Origin: Octopus sinensis
Taxonomy: Eukaryota
NCBI RefSeq assembly: GCF_006345805.1
Contig: NC_042999.1
Span: 94,488,001 to 94,552,000, forward strand
Length of the DNA: 64,000 bases
Reading direction: 5' to 3'
The position numbers were made by a program, and so were the translations under genes. Shown in pieces: positions 1 through 13,689 of the stretch. Under the pieces are notes generated by a model that did not search any database, was not told the DNA's origin, and saw only the letters and a list, made by a program, of their open reading frames with translations. Numbering within the stretch: the stretch's first letter is position 1; every line of letters begins with the position of its first letter.

Positions 1-199
1 AATTCAGAAATAGAATACTATGCCATAAGCTTTCATATAATCGATCGACACCATACTCAAAATGTATGCCTTTTCTTAGAGACGCACAGCACCATTCTGT
101 CTATCAGAAGTTGATCCTTCTTCCTTCGGCTTTTCTTCCTGTATCCTTTCTTCCAATCAAGATCAAAAGCCATGAGAGCCACTGCCTGCTAATGCATCA

Positions 200-200
<1 letters not shown>
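1..200 (-). mobile_element. R4/Dong-clade non-LTR retrotransposon RT fragment (domains 2-3), frameshifted
   Basis: Minus strand reads KGYRKKSRRKKDQLLIDRMVL...KKRHT then SMVSIDYMKAYGIV, matching the R4/Dong pattern QKGCR..SRG.KDQLLID...SMAWIDYKKAYD. Abuts a (TAA)n array. Confidence 0.75.
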
Positions 201-510
<310 letters not shown>

Positions 511-512
<2 letters not shown>

Positions 513-1005
513 CTAGCCTTATTTTTATCACGTGCTTTCACTGGACTACCGAGCGTAGCTCTGTGTGCCTTGGGTATTGGTTGTGGTTTGTTGTGATCCT
601 TTTATCTTTACTGTATTGAGAATGCTTTACGTAGGATGTCTGCAATGCCTAGTAGTGCTATTTTCTGTATGTTATATATCATTGTTAGTCCAGGTGTTTT
701 TGCTATGTATTTGATTTTTTTTATCATACCTAATGCGCCTACTATACTAGGAATTGCTTCTGTTTTTAGACTCCATATTTGGGTTACCTCTATTTGCAGG
801 GTTTTTGTATTTTGAAAGTTTCTCAATTTCTTTTAGAGAAACCTTGTCTTCTGATGGTATTAATACATCAATTAGAAAGCATTCTTTTATTGATGATCTT
901 TGACAATTATATCCGGCATATTGGCCTTAATTTCTCTTTGTATTGGCATATCCCTTTGTATGGTAATTTTCTCATTTTCTGTGACTTTTTCTTGCGTGTG
1001 TCTTA
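511..1005 (-). mobile_element. R4/Dong-clade 3' end (RLE domain + 3' UTR), 5'-truncated
   Basis: ORF pieces DMPIQREIKANMPDIIVKDH (RPD-type RLE motif) and LKTEAIPSIVGALGMIKK...IQKIALLGIADILRKAFSIQ*. 3' UTR runs into (TAA)n. Confidence 0.85.
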
Positions 1006-1132
1006 TTATTGTTATTGATGTTGTTGTTGTCGTCGTCGTCGTCGTCATCGCCATCATCATCAACATCATCATCCTCATCATCATCATCGTTCTGGTTGTC
1101 AAATTCTGCAGTATAATATTTCTTGTTGTCAG

Positions 1133-1417
1133 ATTCAGTCAAATCCATGATATTCATTCATCCCATGCTTTAATTATGAACCTTAAAAACAAATAGTGTA
1201 AAACCTATGTTTAAAACTATTACATACATGAAACATTATATACAGCTCCAATCTATTGTCTCAAAACTTTAAAGAAAAGATGTATGAAGAGATTGCAATT
1301 TGTAAGGTATTAGTTTCTTACATTCACAAGCCTCGGTAAATTCCATACATTTTAGATCATTTTCAACGTACCTTTGAGGACAGAGAACTTGCTAAATCGC
1401 AAGTGGCAAATTTGGTC
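1133..1417 (+). CDS. Candidate three small exons (1133-1195, 1246-1301, 1356-1417) of an unidentified protein
   Basis: AG/GT boundaries with compatible phases give FSQIHDIHSSHALIMNLKNKYSNLLSQNFKEKMYEEIAIYHFQRTFEDRELAKSQVANLV. Introns are only 50 and 54 nt and no homology is recognised. Confidence 0.25.
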
Positions 1418-1898
1418 GTATGTATAGAGCACTTGCAGCTGCTTTTCGTGAACTCCAGTTGAATATATAGCTCACACGACGATTTTCCAGTGCAATTTTT
1501 TTTCATTTCTTAAATCAGTAGTATTCCCTTTATATCCGTTCAGATATAACATTTTATCCATGAATCCCTGTCAGCAATGATTTTATAACCATATTAATGC
1601 ATTACTGACGGTTTTTTTATGTTACTTTCTATTTCAGTATACTTTAAGAGCATTATAAATCAATAAATGCCTCACTGCATCTGCAGTAAGAGTCATTGGG
1701 GTTAAAGTAATTGCCTATAATCTCTATTCAGGGAATAGTTTTTTTTCTTCAATCTTCTTTGATGCTGCAAACCTTAAAAGAGTAAAATAATGCTTTTTCT
1801 ACCTTTATCTTACGACATCTGTTTTGAGATAATTCTCTTAAACACTTTACATTATTCCCTTATATTCTATTGGGAATATTCGAAAAAATCGATAGTTT

Positions 1899-1953
<55 letters not shown>

Positions 1954-2563
1954 CGCTAATAATTACGTTGTCGCATTGCTGTTATTCTTTTTATCGTGGT
2001 TTTTAATGTTATACATCAGTTAGCACATATTAAGTGAAATATCTACAACTCTGCTGCATTTTTTCAGAATTGAGGTCGAAAATTAGAATTTTGATGCATG
2101 AAAACACGGACTTGCTGAGCTCACATTTACCGCGAATATTTCAAATAATCATATACATCTACACTGCGCACCGATTTTCGATTCTTATCTTCATGAAATA
2201 TCCCCCCACCCAGTCGTGATCTTAATGGCAGACTGGATTCGGGTTAAAAACATTTATTTCTAAACTAAAGCTAATATTGACCTCTGCCATGAACAAATCT
2301 AAGGCTTACGTTTGGCCGTTAATGCACGTTGATTAGAAATAAAAATAGGGAAAAAAATAGCAGTGCATCCTGCAATATCATAAGTGTAAAAAGAAACACA
2401 TTTAAAAAAGTTTCAGACGTCTGATTTTGACAGCGCCATCGTTATGTATGTATGTATGTATGTATGTATGTATGTATGTATGTATGCATGCATGCATGTA
2501 TGAATGTATGTATGTATATGTGCAGATCTCTATGTGAGTATATGTACGGATTTGTATCCATGC

Positions 2564-2640
<77 letters not shown>

Positions 2641-4097
2641 AATTTAACACCTAAGAATTTTGAAAATGTCTAAGAAATTTTTGCTGTGACACTAATAGAT
2701 TCGATTTGGGGAATCTACGTCAGCTTCTTTTACTCTTAGCTTGTAATACCGATTATTTCTAGTTTTTTTTTGTATAAATTTGATGTGACATAGCCTAATA
2801 CACCGATCACATTAGGTACAAATGATAATTCATAGTCAGTGCACAATATTTTAAGTTCCGCATTCATCATAAATGTTCTCTTTCTCCTGGAATTTTGATT
2901 GTATATTCAGATCTGCTGCAACAGTGTATTATATTTGAGCCCCACAGAACAATATAAAGCCTTTTATGTTTGCACCGAATTGATGTTTTTTGATAATATC
3001 TTACACCATCCAGTGTGACGCAAAGATGTAGTTATCATTCTTAATATTCAAATGACTTTAAAACGATTTTGCTTAATGTAATTAGAAACACCATTTAAGA
3101 ACACATCTTTATCGTATTAGATTTTTACCGCATTTATTTGATAGTGAAATAATTGTTACCACGGAATTCTGAACCTTAAAATGTACTGTGCTTGTGCTCC
3201 TTTTCATGTCACTATGTTGAGAAGGCCAAGTTGGAATGTGTGAAATATATTATCGTAATGTAGCGAGAAACTTAAGACATTTTAGAAGCAGCTGTAAGAT
3301 GAAAGCTTTAGGGATATTTCATGTTTACTTGCAAGTATTGAATCCTATTTTGTTTCTTAGATTCGGCAGACAGATGTTTTAAGACTGTGAACACATCCAT
3401 CATTTAATTTCAAGAATGGATTGGGCGTATATCCATTAAAGTGTATAAAACAAGTAATGGTATATAATAGACAGATGGAAAATAAAAAAAAATACATCGG
3501 GAGACATATGTAATATGTCCAACGTTCGTATACCGTACGTTCATGTGCGAATAATTGAAACAAAAATAATTTAAGAGAAACAACTCAGTATGGTTAAATG
3601 TAAGAAAATCGACGATAAAATATATAAATTCTTGCTCAGTACAATATACGATATATGTTTATTTTTTGAAATCATAGTCCTTTAAGAAAAAAGTATGAGA
3701 GTGGCTTGTTGCGAGTGAAATCAAGTCCGAATGAAAAGGGGAAATAATATCAAGCTTTCACCGAAATTGATATTCCAAGAAAAGAGAAACAGTCTCCTGC
3801 ATTCCAGAATGGATAATTGCTTCTATGAAGACGACTGTGAAGACAGAAACACTTGGTAACAGCCGGCCTCTTATGTACACAAAATCAGGGTATGTGTTAT
3901 TTTTAACAAATTACAGAGATTCCTTGAATCTTTACAGTCTTTTTTATTTGAAGAAACACTATTTGCTTACATTTCTCTCGACGGTAAGATTACTTCTATT
4001 AAAAGATTCACTCTATATCTTATTGAAAATACATGTATTATTCAATAGATATAAAAGCATGTACACGTACATACACACACACACATAAGTCTATGTA

Positions 4098-4181
<84 letters not shown>

Positions 4182-7166
4182 GTATATATATATATATATA
4201 ACCGAAGTGATAGGTTTGTTAAATATGTTTGTGATCTATTTCAACTACTAAAAGGCACGTTCAACTCCAGTTACTGTAAAGACAATATTTCTTTTATGGT
4301 AACAAAGTGTCAAAACACCCTAACCGTTCAGTCTCGATGTTTCTAGCTCGTTGGCTTTTATCAATGAGAAGTGCCTAAGAGAGTTCTTATAAGGCGATAG
4401 CCCTATGTAAAATAATGTCGGGAACGAAAACTACAGTTAATTTGCTTTTTAGTAGTTGAAAAATATCATGAACATATATTAAGTAACCTAAACTTGCTTA
4501 TGCTCAAACACTGCTTGGTGCTAATATTTCGGTAATTTCCAGGATTTACAACGTTGACTGTATTTTACATAAAACTATCGTTTTATAAGGATGGTTCAGA
4601 GTTTCCCCTCTTAGGTACTTCGCATTTTTTAAATTCAACTAGCTAGAAACATGGATGTCTGAGAATTCTGATAGATGGCGACCCTCAACAGAGGATGTTC
4701 TTACTCCTTTTTACCATAAGAGAATAATTTCTACAACTGTAACTGCAGTGAGTTTGCCTTTTAGCAGTTGCAATATGTTAGAAACGTATTTTAACCAACC
4801 TAAACTTTACATATATATACACGCACACACACACAAATATATCAGATTCAATAGACACTATGTACATCAACAGGTAGAACGAAAGAAATGGGCAGATACA
4901 ATAATTTAAGTTTACGGTGAGAAAAATAACAACGAAGTTGACAATTGTTGGTAGGATACCGTGGATATGTAGTTACCATCGATCCGAATTAGTCGTTGGT
5001 TCGTGGAATGGAGTAGATATAAAAAGAGAATACGAATTGAGTTTGGAATTTATGAAAGCTGTTTTGGTAGAATTTTATTGATGTATTCATAATTTTCATC
5101 ATATGATGTAATCTATGAATACATCAATAACATTCTACTGAAACAGCTGTCGTCAGTTTTAAAGCACATTTGCGTTCTCTTGATATACTTGTGTGTGTGC
5201 ATCTGTGTGAGCGTGTGTGTGTATATGTGTGTATGTGTGCTTGTGATTGTGTGTGAGTGTGCATACACACATAAACGTATACACATACTATTTAGTTTTT
5301 CCGCATTATAATATATAATTATATTCATAATTTCCATTGAATAGTTGCCCTCTATTAATTATATTATTTCTTTGTTAATTGAAACTAACATTTATTCATA
5401 CATGTAAAGACAACTTTACAAACCACTGCGAATGCTTACTCACCTCGTTCACTCTCGTTTTCTCTCTCTCTACTTCGTTCTGTATATATGTCAGTGCTTG
5501 CGTGTGATTGTGGATGTGTGTATTAGTGTGAGTGAGTGTTCGCGTCTGTGTGTTTTTGTGTACTTGTGTGTGTATGCGTGTAGAAGGAAGGGAGCAAGGG
5601 AGAGAGTAAAGGAGAGAAAGAGAGAGAGATGGAGAGTTACACGAGGGTAATCCCTACGAACACATCAATTGCTCAAGGATTTCAGATAACTTTCTGTTGT
5701 GAAGTCACAATAGTTCTTGTTCGTTTTGTATTGAAGATAGTGAAAACTACTTCACCATACAATAATTGCACAAGGAACCTGAAATCTTTACTGAAGATAG
5801 GTCGTCGATCATTTCACCTAAAATATATTGTAAGCGAGCTTCTTCTGAGACAGCCAGCCAATTGCAACACTTATGTCAGATTATCAACATGATTCTCACA
5901 TATCTTAAACATATTTGCCGATTACTTTCAGGATTTTGATAGGGATAATAGATGAAGAGCTTTGTGGTAGGTTTTAATCCTATCTCTGACCACATTCGTT
6001 CAAGAAGATACAAAATGTGACTGAGGATTTCTAAATGCTCAGATTATTCTCAGAATTTAGAACCCATCCTTGAATGTAATGCTATATAGGTGCATGAATT
6101 AATCTAGTTTGGTCTCTTCAATATGCATATTATGGTTAATACTATCCCAGGATTATATATTATTTATTTCTATCAACGTAAGCTCATTAAAAATATAATA
6201 GTTCGTATCCCCACTCCATGCACTCCTCTTGCAAGTCACAGATTATATACGTTGTTCTCTTCGTCATGGTTGATATCTAAATCTACGTTAAGGTTTTATT
6301 TTCTAACGATTCAATAAAATCCTGGTACGACAAATAAAAGGATGATCACGAGATTCACAAGGATTTAACAATTGCCTGATTTTAAATCTCTACGTACATA
6401 CATAAGTATATCTGTACATAAATACGTAAACAGATTGAAAATAAAAGTAAAACGCGAAGGCTGAGAGGGGATAGTAATGAAATGTTGAGAATATAGCTTT
6501 TCAAAATAGACACAGAAAACTACCACACGAAGCGACATGTTTCGTTATACTCAAACCTAGGTCCTTGTAATAGAGTGCATTATATTTCGTCAACATCCTA
6601 TTCTATAAATATCAGTTGCATAGAAATTCATTATCAAAACACGCAAGAATAATTTTACGATTTATTTGATGTTTTCTTGTATTGAGAGAGCGTTAGATAA
6701 CTTTCACTTACTTATAACACTTACACTATCTGTATTACAAATTAAATGTTTGTAATATTCCTAACCATTTGAGATATCTAAACTGAGTCGGGTATATCAA
6801 ACAACAACAGACTTCTCTTGTGGTACTAAGGGGTGAATAAAATAACATAATAACTTGCATATCAAGTAAATAAATACGACGGTATTCATATAGCTATATT
6901 CTTATTTTAAGAAACATAGTTACAGCAAGCCAAGTATTCAAGTGTATGCAGTCTTATTAGTACACGAGCTGGCAACTATGCATCGATAGACATAACTACA
7001 AATCATTCTATGTACACACACGCACGCACACAGCCGCTCTCTCTCTCACTCGTTTTCAGTTTATAATCATGTGCTTGAATGTGTGTGTATGCGTATCTCT
7101 TATGATAAAAGGCAGATTTTCTCTGCCTCTGACATAGTTTGTTTTTAATACAATTGTACAATATAG

Positions 7167-7547
7167 AATTTCTTCAATTGGAATTTACCTATGATTTTTC
7201 GAAGTAGATTCGATTGGGTCATGGCTTTCAATTTTTTTCAATTTGACCCCCAATTAAGCAAAGATTCGAGAAAACTAAATATTTTACGGTTTGCCTCTCT
7301 CATATCAACTGCTTCACTCCTTCTATTACCACACTTTCTCTTTGAAAGTGTACCTTAAACCATTACTCAAAAAAATACACAGGAAACAGAAACAAATAAA
7401 TACATAACGATTTACTCCTCACACAATTTCTTCAATTGGAATTTACCTATGATTTTTCGAAGTACATTCCATTGGGTCATGGTATTGAAATTTCTTTCAA
7501 TTTGACCCCCAATTAAGCAAAAATTCGAGAAAACTCAATATTTTACG
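7167..7547 (+). repeat. Local direct duplication of ~122 bp (7167-7288 and 7425-7547)
   Basis: Both copies read AATTTCTTCAATTGGAATTTACCTATGATTTTTCGAAGTA...TTGACCCCCAATTAAGCAAA...ATATTTTACG, with scattered substitutions. Confidence 0.9.
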
Positions 7548-7822
7548 ATTAGTTTTTAATTTACTTTCTGTCGCTAAGTTTTCGTAGTATTAATTTGCGA
7601 GCGTACTTCAGTTGTCAATTGTTGAAAGAAAGAAATTGTAAGCTAAGAAGGTGTGTGTGTATGTGTGTCTGTGTGTGTGTGTGAGTGTGTGTGTGTGTGT
7701 GTGATGGAAGTGAAGGATAAAAATATGGCAAGAAGTGGACAGATGTACATATATACATACATACATCCATACATACATACATGTGTGTGTGTGTATGTAT
7801 GTGTATTAATGGGTGTGTGTTA

Positions 7823-8207
7823 TCTCTATATATAAAGCTGAAGTTGTCTGTGTGCCCCAGGTTTGGTAGCCTTCAACTAACACTATCTCCTCCGAGACCC
7901 TGTGGCGCAAGTTGACCAAAATTGAGAGTATGATAGAAGAAGGGTTGCTCTTCCTTCCGTACCAGATAAAATTCAAATCGGACCATGTAAATAAAAATTT
8001 ATTTACATCAAAAAGGTGCTTTTTTCTATGAAAATCCATATTTTTTACGATTTTTTCACTGCTGTGTCGCCAATTTTCGGTGTATTTCAATCAGAAAAAT
8101 GTTCACTTGAAGAGAATAACAAGCTACATAATGCAGAATTTTTACTTTTCAAAAATTCCAATTCCAGCAGGTCGAAACAAACACGAGCAACGCCGGTGAT
8201 ACTGCTA

Positions 8208-8208
<1 letters not shown>
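7823..8208 (+). mobile_element. Non-autonomous Helitron-like element
   Basis: Starts with TC after A (7822) as TCTCTATATATAAAGCTGAAGTTGTCTGTGTG. Ends ...CGAGCAACGCCGGTGATACTGCTAG before T (8209). Has 5'-TC, 3'-CTAG, an A|T target and a GC-rich subterminal segment. Confidence 0.7.
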
Positions 8209-8295
<87 letters not shown>

Positions 8296-8619
8296 GTGTG
8301 TGTGTGTGAAGAAATTGGAGTCAAGAAGAAGGAGTACGTTTAGACATTTATTATTCACTACAATTGTTCCCAACAATACAAGTATTTGTTTATGCAACTG
8401 TTTGTTTGCATAATGGGATCCTGTTGTCTTTCAGTCTATGGGAGGGATCGTGTGAGAGTCAGCACGCAGGGTTAGAGATAAGTAGAGAGTTATGTATATG
8501 TGTACATATATATGTATATACATATATGTGTATGTGTGTGTTTGACTAAGAGTGTGTATATACACATGCGCTTCGCCATATGCATGTTCAACTCAAAGCC
8601 GTAGGTTTACTTACTTATC

Positions 8620-8661
<42 letters not shown>

Positions 8662-8881
8662 AAAGCGAGAGGTTACTGAAATTTAACCATATACTTCACG
8701 CTTGCACAAGTATACATGACTACAAAACATGAGATCAGTTAATGAATGTCATCGAAGTTTCAGATTATCTAACTGGCAACCTTTTTTGTTTTTTAATTAA
8801 AAACCGTAAAATTCTTGTCTCATTAATTGTTAACCTCTCACAGGACATTGTCTGAGACATTGATTATCCACTCTTCACAGA

Positions 8882-8941
<60 letters not shown>

Positions 8942-8973
8942 GATAGGCCTCTGTCAATTTCCATCAACCAGAT

Positions 8974-9037
<64 letters not shown>

Positions 9038-9235
9038 ATAAGAAGGAATTAAAGTTCATGCTATAATTCTTCGTAATAATCATTATTGTTAATATTAAAT
9101 ATGTATATATAAGTATATATAAGTGCGTAAGTATATGCTTTCTAATTATATTAAACAACGTCGCCTTTTAAAGATTATTGCTATACATTTATAATGATTC
9201 ATTTCACAATAATGTTACTTTCGATATTTTCACTA

Positions 9236-9325
9236 ACAATCTACAATGACTCTACACTAATAAATTGTTTTATACACGAGTTCATGTATAAAGCAATTTA
9301 TTAGTGTAGAGTCACTGTAGATTGT
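9236..9325. repeat. 90-nt inverted repeat (41-bp arms, 8-nt loop)
   Basis: Arms 9236-9276 and 9285-9325 are complementary apart from two mismatches, one of which is G:U-compatible. Confidence 0.92.
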
Positions 9326-11344
9326 GAACATATTGAACATAGAGGAAGCTGTTATATTTTCATTTTCTAATAAGTCACAGTTATTTTTTTCTGTTTTGGA
9401 AGCACAGTTTTCTTTTACGCGTTTTCTTGGTTAAGTTTTCTTCTTTTTATTACCGTAGCCAGCAATTTATAAGAGGTATTTTGTTTAAAGAAACTCTGTG
9501 AAAATCGTTGTAAATTTCCTTAAAGATTATTATGTAGGAAGCAACATAAGGATGTATAAAATAATTACTATTTTGTTGTTACCAGTATTCTATATTTGAT
9601 GTAAATTTTGTTTCTAGTTCTAATGTGTTATAGCAGGTATCTTATATTTAATGAGTATGTGTTTGTGTGTGTTTGCATTCAATTTTATACGTGTGAGTAT
9701 GTGTGTGTATGCGTATGAATTTGTATTTGAAGATATGTGCTTGTGTGTGTTTATGTTTTAGCCTGTGTACAGACGCCTTGTTATTTTTCCTTCTTTCATA
9801 TCAGTGAGGGTCCGAGAAATCAGTGACACCCCATTTTATCTTTCACTTATTATAAGAACATTTAGTCAGTTACTTTTAATCCTGACGCCATTTTTCACAA
9901 ATTACTATATAAAATAATATATATTATGCATTAAATATGTTATTCTCTGAATAATCCTAGTTCAATTCTATTCCAACTTGATTTCGGATTTTATCTATCA
10001 AAGTCTTGTCAAATCTAAAAACAGTATGCTCAATCACTTAAGCATGAACGTTCTTATACGAAATTGAGATACATATCCAGGATTTCCTTAAAGGAAGGAT
10101 TAGAATGTCATTAGAAAACTTTAACAATTGTCAATCCATGTGTTGTTATTTTTGAGAACTGCTTCTGTTGGTGAATTTCTTTTACGTATACAACTGTGTA
10201 TAAATCCATTTGTAACAATTATAAATCTGATAGGATATACATATCTTTACTTACATATGTGTCTATGTCAACAGATAAGTCGGCGGCTATCTTAGATTTT
10301 TAAGCTCACATCAATACAACATTATAAGCTTTCGCTATGTTGAGTGCTGCTGTCGTCTTGTCATGGACGTTGTTACCAACTCTGGAATGTTCTATCTTGT
10401 AGCATTTTGTTATGTCAGCATTCAAACATTTTTCATATTATCTCGTACTAAAATCAGAGAAGTTTCATATGATTACCAGAAAGCGTGTCTTTCAATGATT
10501 GGAAATTATATTTCCATATATTCTTTTTGATATAGAGTGTGTCACCATATTATTATGCTGTTTATTCGTTCAAAATGCTCCACACTTGCTGCATTTGGCA
10601 TATTGATATATGGCTTAATCCGATACCATGAATGCTGATACTTTTGTTACCTTTTTAAGCTGGATTTGTTCATTCAACAGAACGATATATTTATTAATAG
10701 TTATCCGGATCCCTGAAATATTGGCTTTTTAAGAATATGACTTTATGGGTGTTCAGGAGCTCTCATTCCATGTCTTTTTGTGTAACCCAAAACCCATCAT
10801 TTCCAGTGGTATATCCGTGTGTTTGTGTGTGTTCTTAATTAGCGTCTCTAGTTATTTATCAATCACGGGGCACTTGGGTACAAGAGAAAGGTACTGCAGA
10901 TGCAGTGTACTCTTGGAATATTCTAATAGAAATACAATTAGTTCTTAAAATTCCCTTTTTATATGTATCTTCAGAATGGCTTGCCATTTACTCAAGTTCA
11001 GTTAAATGCATCTCTAATATTGTTACTTCTGTATTCTTGGATAATGTTTCTATAATCTAGGTGTCAGGAACACTGTTAAGAGCAGTCTAGGAGTCAATGC
11101 ACTCCATGCTTCTCAGGTCCGTCTTTCACTTTCCAATCTTCATTTATGACCTTGCTATTTGACAGTTGCGCCATGGTTTATATTCTGGAAGTTAATTATT
11201 TTGTCCAGATGATTATTAATCATAGGCGACCATATCGCTCTGTAATATTTATTATACGAATGATTTAGGTTTCTTTACTTAAAGATTATTTTCTCCCCAG
11301 CAATACAAATTTTCTATGCTATTAAAGATATTTTCGCCTTTTTC

Positions 11345-11511
11345 GTGTATGGTATATATCGACCCCACTTATGGTACTTATTCTAGCGACCCCCAAAAGG
11401 ATGGAAGGCAAAATTGATCTCGAGAGAATTTTATCTCAGAACGTAAAGACGGAAAAAATGTCGCTAAATATTTTGCCCGGCGTGCTAATGATTCTGCCAG
11501 CTTACCACCTT
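11345..11511 (-). mobile_element. tRNA-derived SINE, family C copy
   Basis: Reverse complement of the AAGGTGG..AGCTGGCAGAATC.TTAGCACGCCGG...TACGTTCTGAG..AAATTC...CCTTCCATCC head-body shared with five other copies. Confidence 0.8.
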
Positions 11512-11999
11512 ATCGTTACCAAACATTCCAACCAGAATTTTCGCGTTGTACCATCTAATCGTACATCTTAGTTGTTCGTTTATTCAAGTATATGATATCA
11601 GTTCTAAGCTGAAATACCTCCCTCCCACCTCACGCAACTACGATTTTTCAGTTTTTGATTTTATTGTTTAAAAAAAAGACAAACACTAGCTCCTGTGGCG
11701 ATTCGTTCACTGACATAATTTTAGTCAAAATTATATTGCTTATCTTGATATTGGAACTGTATTGATTTATACTTTACTATTGCCGAGGTCATCATATCCT
11801 CTTGGGGGTGAAGTTGAAGTGTTTTTATTTGATGCCTAATTATCGACATTCATAAAAAGACATCTTTTCCAATGTTGAAAGACTCTTTTGTTTAATGCAT
11901 TCTTTGATTTTGGAGACAAATACTTTTTTCCAATATTACATTTCTGCAGTGTTTGTGTCTGCATGATTTAAATTTATGTTCCTTTTTGGTTATTAACAT

Positions 12000-12376
12000 G
12001 GAGGTGCAATGGCCCAGTGGTTAGGGCAGCGAACTAGCGGTCGTAGGATCGTGGTTTCGATTCTCAGACCGGGCGCTGTGTCTGTTTATTGAGCAAAAAC
12101 ACCTACAGCTGCAAAAGGCTTGGGCAGAGGGTGGGGGCGAACCCTGCTGTACTCTTTCACCACAACTTTCTCTCGCTCTTTCTTCCTGCTTTTGCTGTAT
12201 CTGTATTTCAAATGGCCAGCCTTGTCACATTCTGTGTCACACTGTATCTCCCCGAGAACTACGTAAAGGGTACACGTGTCTGTGGAGTACTCGGCCACTT
12301 GCACATTAATTTCACGAGCAGGCTGTTCCGTTGATCGGATCAGCTGGAACCATGTTGTCGTAACGGACAGAGTGCC
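12000..12376 (+). mobile_element. tRNA-derived SINE, family A, apparently full length
   Basis: Pol III A-box (TGGCCCAGTGG) and B-box (GGTTTCGATTC) head; body closely similar to 52406-52768. Confidence 0.88.
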
Positions 12377-13689
12377 CTGCTTTCGTGCTACTTTCATTTT
12401 ATTTTCAACGTTCTCTAAATGTTTGCTTGGGCTTCTTATATTCTTACATGTGTAGAAATTTTAATATAGATCTATAAAAGTTAAGATTGCATTTTTCAGC
12501 TGTCGTTACTAACCGTTCATCCTAAGTCAAGTACTTTTATTCGTTCATAAAAAAATGTGTATGCCATTTAATCCTTAACTATTTAAACGTTTATAGTGGT
12601 GTCGTTTATTGTTTTCTATGTTTATGGCTTTCTATTCTGGCTTTTTGTTCATGTTTGCTTTTGTTCTAATTAGGTTTTTAGTTTGATAATATTTTGTAGG
12701 TTCTCTAGTGTCTCACTTCCTATTGTTATGTGGTTTGTAATGCACCAGCTAACCGTATATGTTTATTTATGTTTTTTCAGCATTGTTCTCGGTATTTGCA
12801 TCGTTTGGATATTTATATTTTTGTTATGATTTTTCTTTTTAGATTTTCACTTCTATGTTTAATGGCTTTCTGGCTTTCCAGGTGTTTTTGTTGTTTTTGT
12901 TTTGTTGCGGCAGTTATCGTTGTGTTTCTTCTTTTTGTAGTCCTTATTGTTGTTATTTTTGCCGTTGCTTTTGTTGTTGTTGAGGCTGTTTTTTGCTACT
13001 ATTGTTAATGATATTATTTAGTGTCATTTGCATGCATTTACTACCCTAACGATCATTTCACCTTCCATATGTGCAGTGTATTTTTGTAATTTCGATCTCT
13101 ATTTTATCATTCATGATTTCAGAAGTAAATTAAAAATTTACTATTTTGAATCAAGTATTAGGTGCATCATGAAGAACATGCTATTGGAATTTATTCTTCT
13201 ACTTCATGCAGGTAAAATAGGATGTTAGACACATTATCTCACTTCTATATTGTACTGCTTGGTATAACTCCCAAGCTTCTCGCCAAGATTATAGTACTTT
13301 ACTTTGCTATGGTAATAATTAACGTCATTTTAATGGCGAAGAATATCTCCTGGTGTAATATGAGCTTGCTGGTGATTTGTCAGCGTCATAAAATTTAATA
13401 TTTTCTCCAAATGTCCCTGTCTGATAATCCCCTTGTTTTCAACAGAGTTATGTGAATTTCACCACCAGTGTGAAGATTTATGTATGATACATTAGACACT
13501 AGTAAAAGAGCAATCCGAATTTGAACATATAAATAAAAAAAATACAGTTATCCTTCAAACATTTTGTAAATGTTCTTCCGTTTTACTTGTTGATATATGC
13601 TTAATGTTAGAAGAACCATAGGGGTACGGTGTATTGGCTACATGTCATCTTAAGGATTTCCCTGTGTTACTGTAGACAGAGCTGATTCG

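Noticed and set aside
6534-6544. Minus-strand CGAAACATGTC, resembling a minimal hammerhead 3' half
   Set aside because: No CUGANGA core or stem I partner upstream.
10100-11300. Scattered RT-like words on the minus strand (IFQG, LNIAKAYNVV)
   Set aside because: The motifs are in the wrong order for an RT and separated by many stops; not supportable.
12000-12076. tRNA-like sequences with A/B boxes (also 17816-17885 and 43252-43312)
   Set aside because: No proper acceptor stem or cloverleaf. The first two continue into multi-copy SINE bodies and the third is truncated at (AAT)n, so they are SINE heads, not tRNA genes.
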